Shown here: positions 1 through 12,827 of the stretch, one piece after another
How the letters are laid out: each line of letters opens with the position of its first letter
Numbering within the stretch: position 1 is the stretch's first letter
Source: Cystobasidiomycetes sp. EMM_F5
Taxonomy: Eukaryota
NCBI GenBank assembly: GCA_051047955.1
Contig: JBPGPT010000026.1
Span: forward strand, 62,001-126,000
Direction: 5' to 3'
Length of the DNA stretch: 64,000 bases
Made by a program: the position numbers and the translations under genes
The notes under the pieces: generated by a model
Database searches by the model: none
What the model saw: only the letters and a program-made list of their open reading frames with translations
Told to the model about the DNA's origin: nothing

Positions 1-90
1 CATAAGCAAGGATTGAGGACTTCATCGACCCGAATGCAGCATCGTTCCGGAAACTTCCAGCCAGAATTGAAGCAATCGAAACATCTCATG

Positions 91-2755
91 TCACTCGTTA
101 TCGCTGTCAGTAGAATCGTGAACATGGGCAGCGTCTTCGGCGATAATGACGCAGGCCACGGGGATAGAATCGCAGCGATCGGTTGCTATGTTCATGACCT
201 TGATTTCCGTCAGGGCTCGATTCTGCCCCGTCTGATCCTCGACAAGTCGATCATCTGGAGCACAAGACTCAGCTGAATTTGCGAAGATCAGTTTCTTCCG
301 TACAGTGTTTAGACGCTTTTGTGTAAAAAAGACGAGTTGATATAGATCGATGGTTTGCAGGCGTATTTTGCATGATGGGCAGATCGAAGACGATGCTGAA
401 GATGTCCCTCCCGCTCGTGATCGTTTGAGAGTTACTATCTAGTCACAGTCTCGAGTCAGTAGCCAGTGAATTAGTTGTCGTTGGCCATCCCTCACTGTTA
501 ATTGTCCGGAAATTGCTCAAATCAATTAAGTCGAAGGAACCATCGTTCTCGTTCTTGTGTCGCTTCTGTTGCTTTCCTGTATGCCAGGTGATTTGCCATT
601 CGACCTGTGCGCCACGAGGAAGCTGTGATGTTTGCACTATCAGGAAGGGGGGCGTAGCTGTGCCCTTTTTATATAGTTCATCTCCTTCCAGGAGCATATG
701 CCATGCTGTCCGGACAGCATCGCGTTTGCCATCGAAGGTGGAAGCAGGTCCGGATAACCAGCAGATACAGCTTTCTAACCAGCCCTTGAACCCGCCTCCT
801 GTTCCTTGCTGTACAGCTCGTACTATTCTACGTACGTGCTGCAGAGACAGGGCGACCTCGGTTGCAAAGGACGGCGGCTCGGGCAGCGAAAGGTCACCAG
901 GTCGCAGAGCAATCTGTCCTGCAATGAATACCCGTTGATGAGCCTATGATGATTGCATTAGCAAGGGTGACGCGGTAACATGCAGATGTCCGATTGCACA
1001 CGCCTTCACTGCCTGGGAGTACGGGCCAATATTCGCCGGGGCCCAGTAGCTGAGACCACGCACATGAAGCGCTGATCGCGATCGTGAATCACAGCCCTTT
1101 TGCGCAATGATGTCGATTTTGACGTTGAGGCCTACTTCGAGAAAGGCCGTAACGCAAGCTCGGGAAGGCGGCGAGGGCCCAAAGAAGGTGTTGTAGATGG
1201 CATTGACGCGCGGAAATAGGTTCATGTCGCTGAGATATAGATTTACGTGCGATATGTGCTGAAGTTCTAAGTCATTCTCGGCAAGAAGTGCTTTTCGGTA
1301 CAGGAGTCAGCTTGGATCAGATATTGCTAATTTCGACATGCCAGCTCACTCCTGATTTGCGTGAAGCAACCACTGATCTGAGCTTCGACTGTGCCAGCTG
1401 GGTATGTCATGTTGTTGATACCTATCCAGCTATCGCTTTGTGAGACGGAGACAGCCGATGTGCTGCTTAACAACTCCATTACGCTGATATCGTCTATCGG
1501 CAACTCCGCAGTCCGCCAAGGCTGGAATTCGCTCAACACATCGCGTAATTGGGTAGCCTTTTCGTCCAGCAAAGCAGGAAGATAGACCAGTTCCTTTAAT
1601 TGCTGCATCGAAACGTCTGGTTTGTCAACGAGTCTTGCGCCTTTAATGCGTAGATATGCAATTGTTCCCATCTCATCTCGAGACGTCCCCTGAGCCAAGA
1701 CTACTGTCTCGCTGTCGGTACTGAATAACCAGTCAATAATCACGCGGATACCAAAGCAGACAAACGTGCTGACATCTCGATTCGTCGACGAAACAATGGG
1801 CAGTCGACAGTGAAGGTCTCGTACTCGCCTCCTTCCCCGGCAGGATGGGTCCCCCACTTTGTGTTCTGTGCAAACTTGTTCTTCAGATAGCTGACCCTAC
1901 GCATCGGCTGACTTACCAGGCGGTCTAGTTCATCCTGCATATCTTGGCTACAAACATTCATGCCAATATGTCGCAGACCGAGACCAGCTCCTGCAACCTT
2001 GATGATTACGCTGTTCATGCCAGCTGCCGCCATGTTGTGCAACAGTTGTGACTGGTCATACTGCCAGAGATACGATAGAGCTTGTAGATTTAACCTGGCG
2101 CAGCTGAAGATTATTGATGTCTCAGTCAGTGTAGATCATACTACATCTGGGTATGCCAGCGTACACATGCTCAACTCGGATGCGCTGATAATTGGACAAA
2201 ATGGCTCCAGCTGAAACACCTTTAATGTCAGGATGGGTGGTCTGCTCGGATGATTAGCTTCGTGTACGTCGGTTTACATAACGTTCAGTCATCAGATATC
2301 CTCACAATGACATCTTTCAGCAATTCATACAGGTCCTCAGTTTCGTCACCCGTCACAGACCCCTTCTCCCGGGCATCGGCAGTAGTAGCATAATCATTGC
2401 TCTGGTCGACTGCAGTGCCACTTATCTGTCGTCGAAACAGGGGTAGTCCGAGGGCTTCTGCAATAAAGTGCAGTCCGTCCTGGCCGACCGTCTGATATAG
2501 GTAGGAATCAATTTCCTCTGAGTATTTTGTTGACAACGTGGGATGAAGGGTAAGCAAGGGTGACAAAATAGTAAGGAGCAGTGCATCGGCCGCAGCGTTC
2601 TATATGGAGCTTGTTGAAGAAATATGATTGAACCCACCTTTTCCACCTGACGGCCCTAGACTAGCGACAGCTACGACGTCGTGACCTTGAGCGACGCAGT
2701 GACAGAGATTGTAGCAGCTGTCCTTCCCGCCGGAAAGTAGTCCAACGACCTTCAT
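91..2755 (-). CDS. DPH6: Diphthine-ammonia ligase with C-terminal RidA/YjgF-like domains (multi-exon)
   Basis: ATG at 2755 gives MKVVGLLSGGKDSCYN. Also contains EIDSYLYQTVG, GAILSNYQR, HPAGEGGEYETF and the YjgF-like motifs FGPSPPSRACV, HVRGLSYWAPANIGPYSQA and LPRGAQVEWQ. The 3' exons were joined manually to a TGA at 91-93, so this end is less certain. Confidence 0.9.
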
Positions 2756-3208
2756 CGTTGAGTTCGTTCGGCTCCTGTAGCAAAAATGGTGTACACAGAT
2801 CAGAATTTCACTCGTTCTCTATGGCAGTCAATCATGGACAAGCCATTTCTGGCTTGGATCTTGAAAGCCTCAAACGACGAGGGTGTCTTCATAGATTCTT
2901 GCAGTATTTTGCATGTTTCGTTGCATTTGCGACATCAACACGCAGCTTCGAGGGCGATGACCAGGTGAAAGAAAGAGCTGGTATCGCTGAAGCAGAGTCT
3001 GCGGAGCTGTGAAACCTCCTCGTCGTCGTCTTCGGCTGGGACATCGCTCGCTTTCAAGCCTACCTTTGCTATCTTTGCATTTCCATTCGGTCGCTGTCCA
3101 AGCTGCACGCTAACTTCTCAGCCGCTGACCAGCCCTTTTGCTTTTACCTTCAAGCAGCTGATTCGAATAGTAACCTTCACACTACAAACGCACTCCAACG
3201 CTGCCATC

Positions 3209-4514
3209 ATGCCCGCCGTGCCCGCTGGTTCACTCGTCCTCGTCACAGGCGCGAGGTGCGTCACGACAGAAGCCGAATATCAAGTTCCGAAAGCGAGCTG
3301 ATGTTTTTTGCAATTGCTGAAATTGGGCTTGCTTGTGTTGGTTGATGATGTAGCGCCTTCATCGCTGTGCACGTCGTCCAGCAATTGCTAGACTCCGGCT
3401 ACCACGTAAGAGGCACGGTCCGGTCGGATGAAAAGGGCGAATGGCTCGTCAACAAGTTCAAAGGAAAGCCGTTCACTTATGTGATTGTCGAAGATCTCGA
3501 GAAGGAGGACGGTTTTGATGAGGCCGTCAAAGACTGCGATGCCATCCAGCATATTGCCTCGCCCTTCCATACCAATGTGACTGATCCGTACAAGGATCTG
3601 ATAAAGTAGGCAGGCTTTGTTCTGCCCGAATCGCTTAATTGACCTGCTCTGTAAAGTCCCGCCCTCAATGGCACTTTGAGCGTGCTGAAGAGCGCAAAGA
3701 AGCATGGCAACAAAGTCCGCCGTATCGTCATCACTTCATCATACGCTTCAGTCGTGGATTCTTCCGCAAAGCCAGTCACAACGTTCACTGAAGCTGACTG
3801 GAACGAGACCTCTCCGAAAGTGCTCAAGGAAAAAGGCAACGACTGCCCTCCGATTGAAGTCTACCGATCTTCGAAAACGCTAGCGGAGAGGGCGGCATGG
3901 AAGTTTATCGAAGAGGAGAAGCCACAATTTGATATCGCGACTGTCATGCCTCCTTTCGTTCTTGGACCCATCATCCACCAATGCAAAAAGCCCGATGCGC
4001 TCAACACATCGGTCGCTGGGTGGTACGCTTATCTGTCCGGCAAAAAGGGCGGAGAAGGTGCCGATGGCCCGTAAGTCATTGAGTATTTCCATTCAACCCC
4101 AACCTTCCGACATTGACACCTCATCCAGCGCTGGAAACATGGTCGACGTCCGCGAAGTCGCACGTGCTCACGTGGAGTGCATCAAGCAAGAAAGTGCTGG
4201 CAACAACCGCTGGGCCATCACAAACTGCCCTTTCACGTGGCAGCAGGCTTTGGATGTAGCCAACGCTGACGAAAATGTAAAGAAGGCTTTTCCTAAGCTG
4301 CCTACCGGCACAGCTGGGTCTGGCGATAATACAAAGCAGAACAGTGCGTTGGAAAGTTTAAGCGTGATTGATTTGCGATGTGCTTACGAACAATGCAGTC
4401 TACGATGGCACAAAGAGCAAGACGAAGTTGGGCATCCAGTACCACTCGTTCAAGGATTCGATAATCGACATGAGTAATAGCCTCGCGGAATATCAAGCAG
4501 CGGGATGGTCATAA
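3209..4514 (+). CDS. NAD(P)-dependent aldehyde reductase / extended SDR epimerase family (GRE2/ARI1-like)
   Basis: VLVTGAS|AFIAVHVVQQLL..GYHVRGTVRS, HIASP, ITSSYA, catalytic YRSSKTLAERAAW, VDVREVARAHV. Spliced gene ending AAGWS*. Confidence 0.9.
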
Positions 4515-4930
4515 TGTAATAATCATCATCGCATAGATCCGTGTAATTAATGCAACAATACGACAATCTTACTAGTACACTATGATGCGCACGAGCCAGC
4601 TCGAGCGAAAGCGGAATGCTAATTGATTAAACTATGAGAAGGTTGATGTTCCATGAGAATCTGTAGCGAGCGCCAAGAGTGCACGGGTATAAGCGTAACT
4701 AATATCATTAATGACTGGCAGGAAGCTGATTGAAGCGGGTTGCCGTTATTAGAGGCGCAAAGCTTGAATATATAGACGAGATTCTGTAAAAGGCAGGCAG
4801 TGAAGCACGAAAGGGTGTATGCAGCCGAATAAAGCCGAAGATTGGGTATAGTATGCAGAACTGAAGTGCGCTTCGTTAACGATAGGAAATCATGTCGCAT
4901 GTAGAGTACGGGAAATAACCCGACGTTCGG

Positions 4931-7900
4931 TTATTTGCGCCGGAACGTCTTGTTGAGTAAGGCAAGCACCTTGTCGACGTCCAGTGAGACATACTCGAGG
5001 TCAAGCGTTGTCACGTTGTCCTGCCGTTTTTCAAGCAAGTCGTCGATTTTGAGGTCCATCTCGAGAATAGCCTTTTCGCGGCCTTTATAATGTAGAGCAA
5101 TGATGAACGTTCCGGGCGTAGGTGAAGATATTTGGCTGTAACCATCTCGAATCAGCTACAGCTAGCGGGAATCCTATGTATGCCGACTCACAAGAAGATG
5201 TTAGCGCGCCTATTATCGGGCACATTCGTGTCGACAATAACTCCGTCCTTTTCAAATTGAGCATGTGTAAATTTGTATGGACCAAGAGACTGAGACTTTG
5301 CCGGTTTCTTCTCTTGTCCGTTGACGGAAACGACACCAACACCAGCAATCTTGCCCTTCTGACCTACCCCTGCAGAGTTTGCTCGCACATTCTGCAGGTA
5401 GGCCTTGTACTGTTCAAGCTGAGAGCGGAGGTAATTGTTATGATCGCCAATAGTCTTGTAGACAGAGTCTAGCGATTTCATCTCTGCAATAACCTTTTCG
5501 CGAAGGTTTCCGAGATGGGTAAGTTCGTTTGCCACTTCGTCCGCGAGCAGCTTGTAGCCGTCTTTACGCTCGACAAGCTTGATTTCCTCTAGCTCGCGCA
5601 GCATCTCCTCGACTTTGATACCTTTGCGTACCAATGTCGCGTCCTTGGCGGTAGCTGCCCTCTCTGCAACAGCGGGAAGGTTGATGGGTCTTCGATCAGT
5701 CAAGTTGGGTATTGACCGAAGGATATGGACAAAGATGGATTTAGCCTCCATGTAGAGAATGTCATTTTGCGTGAGATTGTTCTCCGCCATCAATGCAGTC
5801 GTAATGTCTTGGATTGGCGCCTCCCAGCGAGAAAACAGAGCAAGTTCGACTGCTCGATTGTCCTTCCGGGCAACTTGGGCAGGGGCAGCACCCAGTTCGT
5901 CGAGAAGTATACGCAGATGAGAGCGATCTGTGGGAGCCAGAGCGTCTACATGCTGGCTCAGCAGAGATTGGGTGTTGTACAATTCATTCAGGGTAATATT
6001 GATCTGAAGATCCTTCTTGGACAAGGCCATATATTGATCCATCTGGTGTTGTTGTATTAGCATGGCCACCTCCACAATTGGCACCTGAACTCACTTCGAG
6101 CGTATCGTAGAAATCGCCAACTTCGCACAAGCCCATGAGGAACAGGTTGATCTTTTGCTTGTGAGCCTCTACAAACGGATTCAAGCTCATCATGTAGGTC
6201 TCTTTGGCATAGCTAGGCTTGTTTGCGAGGTTCTGCAGCATCTTTGCAATGAGCGTAAGCGTCCTGCGAGGATGCTTTGCGGATGTCGGTAGACTGTCGA
6301 TGAGCATGTACGCATGCGGGGTCACAATGGCGGGGTTGATGAAACGTAAAAAGAAGAAACCGCCAATCAGCGAACAGATGGCGTAATCGGTTGCGTCTGG
6401 ATATTTGCGCTGTAAGCAAAAAGACAGTACAAACTCAGCCCGCTGTCGCTAGTAGTGCAGTCCTGCTGTGATATCACTCACTTTGGTCAGACTCTTAATC
6501 TGCTTGCATATCCACCTGATACCGTAGGGCACGGCATCCATGCTCTCGATAATCGTAAGCAGAAACGACTTTGCAATCTCCATGAGCATCGTCAACCTGG
6601 GTGCAATGATATTCTGTACGTCTTCGTTTGCCGCTGCCACTTCTTGTGCGACACTCCTGGGCAGCGAGTCCGGCAGCGAACCAGTCTCATCCTCAATCTG
6701 CGTCACCATCTGCTCGTACACTTTCAGCGGATTTATTTCGAGATTGAGGTCCTTGTGCTCTATTAGGCTGTTGATTCGCTCGGCCAGCACAGATTTGAGA
6801 TAGCCCTGTCCAGGTCCGCGACGAGTATATGTCGTCATCATACGCGATACCGGTGTATTGGCGCGTAGTAATGACCCAAAGTCGGTCGCCGTTTCGAATT
6901 GAGCCGATAGCACCGACTGGACATAATCATTAGACGAATACTAGCGTGAAATGACAACGACGACATACCTGAAACATTGTCAGAAGGAGGTGTTCTTCCC
7001 TAGACTCGTATTGGTTCCCATATAGCGTAAACATGACTGTCTGCAGGAGCGTGTCTATCTCGCTCATGCTGACGAGTCGGCACAAGGTTGCAATATGACG
7101 TGGTTCAGACTGCAACAGGAAGAAAAGGTTGGAGTATACCTGGCGGAGAATGACGAGTAAGCACGGGTACAAGCCAACAGTCTCGTCTGCCACACCTCTT
7201 GTTTCCGATTATCGATAAACTCGCCGTGTTGTACTTCGCCGGCCTCTTCCAGATGCTCGCGTACCTCCTCTTGCTCCTCCAGGGCCATGCGCTGTACGAG
7301 ACGACACATCAGTGTAGTCGACTGATGGATCGATGCTATCCAGCTCACATTCTGTATGAGCAGAGCTATCCTCGAGTCCAAATACCGGACATCCCTTTCA
7401 AGCAGGAAATTCTTCTTTGATTGGTTTGATATACGCGACTTTAGTTCGCGCAGTCGTTTCTGAGCTGTTTGCAGGGGTGGACAGTCGATGAGCGCTAGAC
7501 GAGTCTCTCCTCTCGACGCGACTCACTCCTCGCCAGGTCATCCTCCACCTCCGAGTCCTGCTCGGCCGCCATACTGTATAGCTGCGTCATGCTGTAGCGT
7601 TGTGTTGTCCTATTTGACGCATGCCCGTCCAGCACACCACTGCTCCCACTCGCAGCCGGCCCCATCGAGCCGTGAAAGTGCCTGTTGCCACGCCTGCCGG
7701 TTGCACTGCTCGTTGACCTGGCAGACGCGGGCTGGGGCGGAAGGGGAGCAGGTTCATCGTTGTCGTGTGAGGTGTATGCATTGCCCGACAACGTCAGGGC
7801 GCTCATGCTGGTTGTCGGGGTAAAGTAGCCACTGTGACCAGCGGCGGCTGAAGTGGACGTGGATGGCCCGCTCGAGGCGGACGAGTACGCAGCCATGCCT

Positions 7901-7941
7901 GGTGACAGACGCGGTGGAATGAGTGCAGCTACGCCAGCCAT
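4931..7941 (-). CDS. Ras GTPase-activating protein (S. pombe Gap1/Sar1-type, RasGAP plus RasGAP_C domains)
   Basis: [68 protein letters not shown]-terminus ...LLNKTFRRK*. Confidence 0.92.
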
Positions 7942-8356
7942 GGCTGTGTGTATGTTATCGACTGGGTTGTATGCTGTTTGGCGTGTTATGGAACGCGGTG
8001 CCGACCACAGGCCCGATAGGACAGTGTCACGATGCCAGACTGTGTTCCAGTGATGCCAATAGCCAGCTGCTGCTCCTCGTATTTCAAGTCTGCCCAGTCG
8101 ACGTGTGACCAAGTTGCTCGCTTGCCCTTTTGCGCGCTTCCAAAACACCCACGTCAAAGGGTCTGTGCGGGTCAATCCAACGCCAACAATGCTCGATGTT
8201 ATGGCAAGACTGTAGAATGTTTACTGGTGCAGTCAGATGGTTGGAAAGCTCGTTGAATGGAGAGTGTTGCAGTCTTGTTGGCTTGTGTCATTGTCGCTTT
8301 GTTGTAGAAACGACTTTACGCATCGGACAGTTGGTCTAGGTATTACTCTGGTTGGA

Positions 8357-8364
8357 ATATAAAG
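8357..8364 (+). promoter_or_regulatory. Putative TATA box of the DUF4188 gene
   Basis: ATATAAAG about 80 nt upstream of the ATG at 8443. Confidence 0.4.
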
Positions 8365-8386
8365 GGTCAAATCATTGCTCACAGGC

Positions 8387-8427
8387 TCTTGATCTTTGAT
8401 CTTTAATCTTTGACCTTTGATCTTTGA
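8387..8427 (+). repeat. Tandem 7-bp repeat (TCTTTGA) x ~6
   Basis: tcttga tctttga tctttaa tctttga cctttga tctttga, read directly from the sequence. Confidence 0.9.
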
Positions 8428-8442
8428 GCAACATCATCAACC

Positions 8443-9513
8443 ATGGACAGGCCACCCAGAAATCCACGGCCCAGAGACCAGAACCAGGGAAGCTCGCTCT
8501 ATGCAGTCTACATACGGGACCAGATGGGCATACTCAGCTGGCTGGCCACTGGGGCAGTCATCCAAGCTGCCCTCATGACGTACCCGCCCCGTTTCCTCTA
8601 CAGCCGGCTCGAAGCGTGGTGGATGGCCATACCCCCCGCAGCGTGGCTCGTCTACGGCATACTCAGAGCACTCGTAGCAGCTTCAGCGTACAAGCCGGCC
8701 AGCTACGGACAGTTTACGACAAAGTTTACGGCAAACTTTGAACGAGATCCAGAGTCCGACGGAGGGGTGTGCGTGCTGCTGCATAGATTCAAGTGCTACC
8801 AGTGAGTGGGCGTCTTTTGGGCAAACGTTTGATTCTGTTGACCTAGAAGTAATTTATGCCTTCCTTCCGATCCACCTACGTTCGTTTAAACCCCTCGTTT
8901 CACTGCACCTCAGTCCGCTAGGCATGCTCGCATCAAGACAGACTGAACTGCTCAAGCTCCTATACGCAATGAACGACGATCTTCGAGAAAAAGCTGAAGA
9001 GCACGGCTACCTCGGCGGCAACTACTACCTCGGCGCTTCCGAATCCGAAAGCAACAATGAGATACTCATGATTTACTACTTCAAAAACTACGACAGTGTG
9101 ACCAAGTTTGCGCATTCTGAAGTACACAGGAAAGGGTGGAAATGGTGGAACGATAACTTGCTAGGCTTGGGCCACATGGGCATGTAAGCTTCACTACCAT
9201 CCTCTCCCAAAACGGACACTACACTGACGGATCTCGCACGCTCTACAGATCCCATGAGATTTACCAAGCACAAGCGGGTAGCTGGGAGACGATATCCATG
9301 AATTTCAAGCCGAGCGGATTGACAGCCACAACATTTGCCGGTGTGGACGACAATGGCGACAAGAAGTGGATGTCGCCCGTCATCAGTGCGCGAGGCAAAT
9401 ACCTCACGTCTGCAGGTCGCATGGGACACGGAACAGGCGACGAGCACAAGCAATACGATGACGCTATGCTGGCGTCTGAGAAGCACAGCTTGGTGGATCT
9501 GCCAAAGTTATAA
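8443..9513 (+). CDS. DUF4188 / af470-like putative monooxygenase with N-terminal hydrophobic segments
   Basis: SPLGML, GYLGG, IYYFKNYDSVTKFAHSEVHRKGWKWWN, H(E)IYQAQAGSWETISMNFKPSGL. Three exons. Confidence 0.75.
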
Positions 9514-9738
9514 GAGACTATTGGCATCGTGGCTGGCAGTCAGTGTAGTTCATCGCAGCTCATTATAGCATACATTCAGTCCGCACGCGTCTAGCTGCAA
9601 TTCAGCAAAAACATAGATTGTAAACGTACAGTGTGATACCAACTTAAACACATCCGCCGTCACCCTTATTGTGCGCGAACTGTGTATACTGATTCCAGTC
9701 GCATTGTCATGCAATGACTGAGCTGAACACTCTGGTTC

Positions 9739-11728
9739 TCAAGTCTGCTTGAGCCTTCCATGCCTGTCAGTTTCCTGCACAGGACCGGTGTATCCAATCC
9801 TTGCACCGCATGACCGTAGGAAGTCTACCTTATCTGCCCACTGTCCGTCTCGCTCGAGCGCCAGCAAGAGATCAGCGGCAGCGTTGGCCGCCTCACTCCG
9901 CTCCCTCAGCATTCGCCTGGCGTTACCCCCGCTACTCTTCTTCGCAGTATCCTCCACGGCGGTCGATGAGTCGCTCTGCCCAGTCCCAGTTGAGGCTTGT
10001 AGTTGCTGCTTGCCAGTCGAGAGCAGCGTAGGCCACCATATACTAGCCAAGACGCGCCACGCCACGACCAACCGTTTCCACTGCTTGTAATTTGCGTCCA
10101 CGAGCCTGGTATGGTACACTGAAAAGGCAGCTGTCCATCCTAATGCAATGAAGAGTCCGATCGGAGTGAAGAGGCACAGTGCCCACGTAAAGAAGAAGAT
10201 GGCGGGGTAGATGAAGAGCAGCAAGACGAGTAACGAGAATACAATCTTGTTCTGTGCGAATTCTTCGGCATCGACGGCATTGACGTAGTATTGTGTTGCT
10301 TTGCCAATGATGTAGATTGGAAGATGGGCAAGTAGAGGGAGAATAAAGAAGGGCAAGAGTTTCAGCGATGAGAAAGTAGCTTTGAAGAGCGCCCAAAGCG
10401 TGCGAAGTCTGTCTGGAACCGGAGCGGGATGCAGTGGATCCAGTATCCTTGGCAGCGGAATAGCATTGAGCGAGGCATTCGTATACCGCAATTGCCGGAG
10501 AGTAGCATCGTAGCGGACGAGTGCAGCTTTAGCATGAGCAGACTTGTCAGATGTGTGCGCGTTGGGCGAAAAAAGCTCAATCATGCTGAATACCAGCACC
10601 CGTTAGCTTTAGCAAATGATTCACAGCTTGTGAGTACGCACGTCTGCGTGATGCGAGTCCATTCAGATAGTGGGACGTTGTCGTCATCTCCCCAAAGTAG
10701 TTGACGGGCCATCTCTGCAGCGTGAAGAGTGTCCCAATCCGGAGAATTGATGGTCATACTTTCCATGGTTCTCTTGATTTTGGCAGTCAGCGCTTTCACT
10801 GCTTTCTTGTGAGCTGCGAGCTCCTTTTCTTGAGCTGTTGCTGTCGAGTCTATATTCTCAGTCTGCTTATCGGGCTCTGTCGAGCCCCGAATGAAATCCT
10901 CCTTGTACTGCTCCAGATCTATCGGCGGGCTGAAGGATACGACCACTCTGCTCCTATAGTCGGTCTTTTTGGTATAGACGATACTAGCGACGACCATCTG
11001 TACGTTTTTCGATCTACCCTTATCCTTTGCATCGACCGCACGGTCCTTTTCGTACTCGAGTGCCGCCCAAGCTGCACCCTCCTTGATATCCTGCATGCTT
11101 GGCTGGGTGTACGACGTACCCTCGGGGAAGATGGCGACGCATTCTCCTAGCCTCAGTACGTCGAATGTCCCGCTAAAGAGCTTCTTGTTATCCTTTGTCT
11201 TGCGGTCGACGGGGATATTACCGGCATCGCGGAGAAGCGCCGACACGGGCGCGTTGATGAAGATGGTCGACTTTGCCCAGCTGGGAGCGCGGGTAAGGTT
11301 TGGACGTTGAATCAGCGAGACTTGGCGTGCACAGCGAGTATTGCCTACTGACTAGTGGAGCTTCCGCTTGTGCGGGAACCAGCACGAGAGGATAGCCGGC
11401 TGTGGTATATGGAGTGTCAGTCGTTGATTCGCGTGTCCCGTTGTTGCCTGTATCGATCAGTGCCTCACGTCGACCTGCAGACATACATGCGCATCAACCG
11501 CAAGTCAGTCGGATACCGCAAGCGGCGTCGCTTGCACAATGCACAACACGGCCGCAGGGTCAACATATGAGGACGACGCACAATCATGTTCCAGTGGGTG
11601 CAGCACACGAGGAGGGGGCCGTCGACGGGGACATTGTCTGAGCCCTCGACGTGCACCTCGGAGAAGAAGCCAGACATGGCTGCCCGTGCTGCCCGGCGTA
11701 GTATACGGTGTGATGGCCCGAATGGCAT
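9739..11728 (-). CDS. Glycerol-3-phosphate/DHAP O-acyltransferase (Sct1/Gpt2 family)
   Basis: Spliced motif I THWNMI|VD|PAIL, then HYWAKS, GNIPVDR, IFPEGTS and INSPDWDTLHAAEMAR. C-terminal TM helices. Confidence 0.9.
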
Positions 11729-12186
11729 GGCTGGAGATGGCAGACCAGAGTATGACGCGCAGGGTGGTGTGAATGAAAGATGACGCCGAGCGCTGGCCGG
11801 TGACGTGCTGGAAGCGCTCAAGAGGCTCATATACTAGACCAAAATGAAATGCAACTACAGCTTGTACTGTGTATGGCTTGTAGAGTTACTCATTCCGTTG
11901 ATTGATTTGCTTGCTTGCTGTCCGGCCATGTTGCGCTCTCCGCTCTCCCCAAGGGACTGCTTCAAACCACCACAATCGACTACTCGTTCAAGCCCAGCGA
12001 TTCCAATCCATATTCATTGCAACAGGTGTGTCACACATACTGCTGCGTGTCTGTCCTGGGTAGTCTGCTGACGTTTCCACCATCCTGGTCCGCCGTCATC
12101 ACCTGACGCGCACTCGCTGTTTCTGCCATTGCCTTCCATCACACACTGGCCAGCGCATCACCTCAGGACGCTCTCCATCCACCACC

Positions 12187-12827
12187 ATGACATCCACTCA
12201 GTCTGTCGCAGGCCACCCCATTGCCAGTGAGTGCCCGCTCTGCTCGAGTCCCCGTCATCCCTTACCCCTTTGTTCGCCAAACTGCTCCACAACAACCGGA
12301 GATGAAGACACAGACACAGAGCTGACACTCGAGTATACTCCACAGTGAAAGTTGGGGGAAGGAGACTGAGCGTGTCGAAGAGTCCTGTTCCCAAGTCACA
12401 GTGGGTGTGACCTGGTGCATTTGCACGAGTTGACACTGATGCCATCCCCGTGTGCCTGTCGATGCGCATCACCAGCCTGTCCACGTCCCCCACAGCTACC
12501 AAGGACACTGGCAACTCTGCAGCAAAGGAGCCCGCAGACGCCAAAGTCTCCGAGTCTGCTCTCAATCCAGACTATCCCGTCGCTGATCCAAAGGACAAGG
12601 ATGCAGCACTGGCAACTGCAGACGCGTATCCTCGTCCACAGAACGGTGCAGCAGCAGGTCAGGAAGGTGGTGGGGAGGTGCACAAGGACGACGCAAAGAA
12701 GGAGGAGCAGCCGCCTAAAAAGGAGGCAAAGAAGCAAGTCTTTGAGGATTCAAAGCACGCACACATCAACAAGAACCCGCACAGCGTAAAGAACGTACCC
12801 ATCAAGCAGCCAGGTGGAAAGATGTGA
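12187..12827 (+). CDS. Small disordered DAP (death-associated protein)-like protein, 148 aa; exons 12187-12226, 12346-12400, 12476-12827
   Basis: Two canonical introns (GTGAGT..GCTGAC..CAG; GTGGGT..CTGAT..CAG) join in frame. Product is MTSTQSVAGHPIAMKVGGRRLSVSK...KNVPIKQPGGKM*. Confidence 0.75.

Noticed and set aside
13..276. Plus-strand 87-aa ORF at the window start
   Set aside because: Overlaps the predicted last exon of DPH6 on the minus strand and has no ATG start or recognisable motif.
9502..9513. C-terminal PKL as a peroxisomal PTS1 in the DUF4188 protein
   Set aside because: A weak PTS1 variant, and the protein has N-terminal membrane segments. Not supportable.
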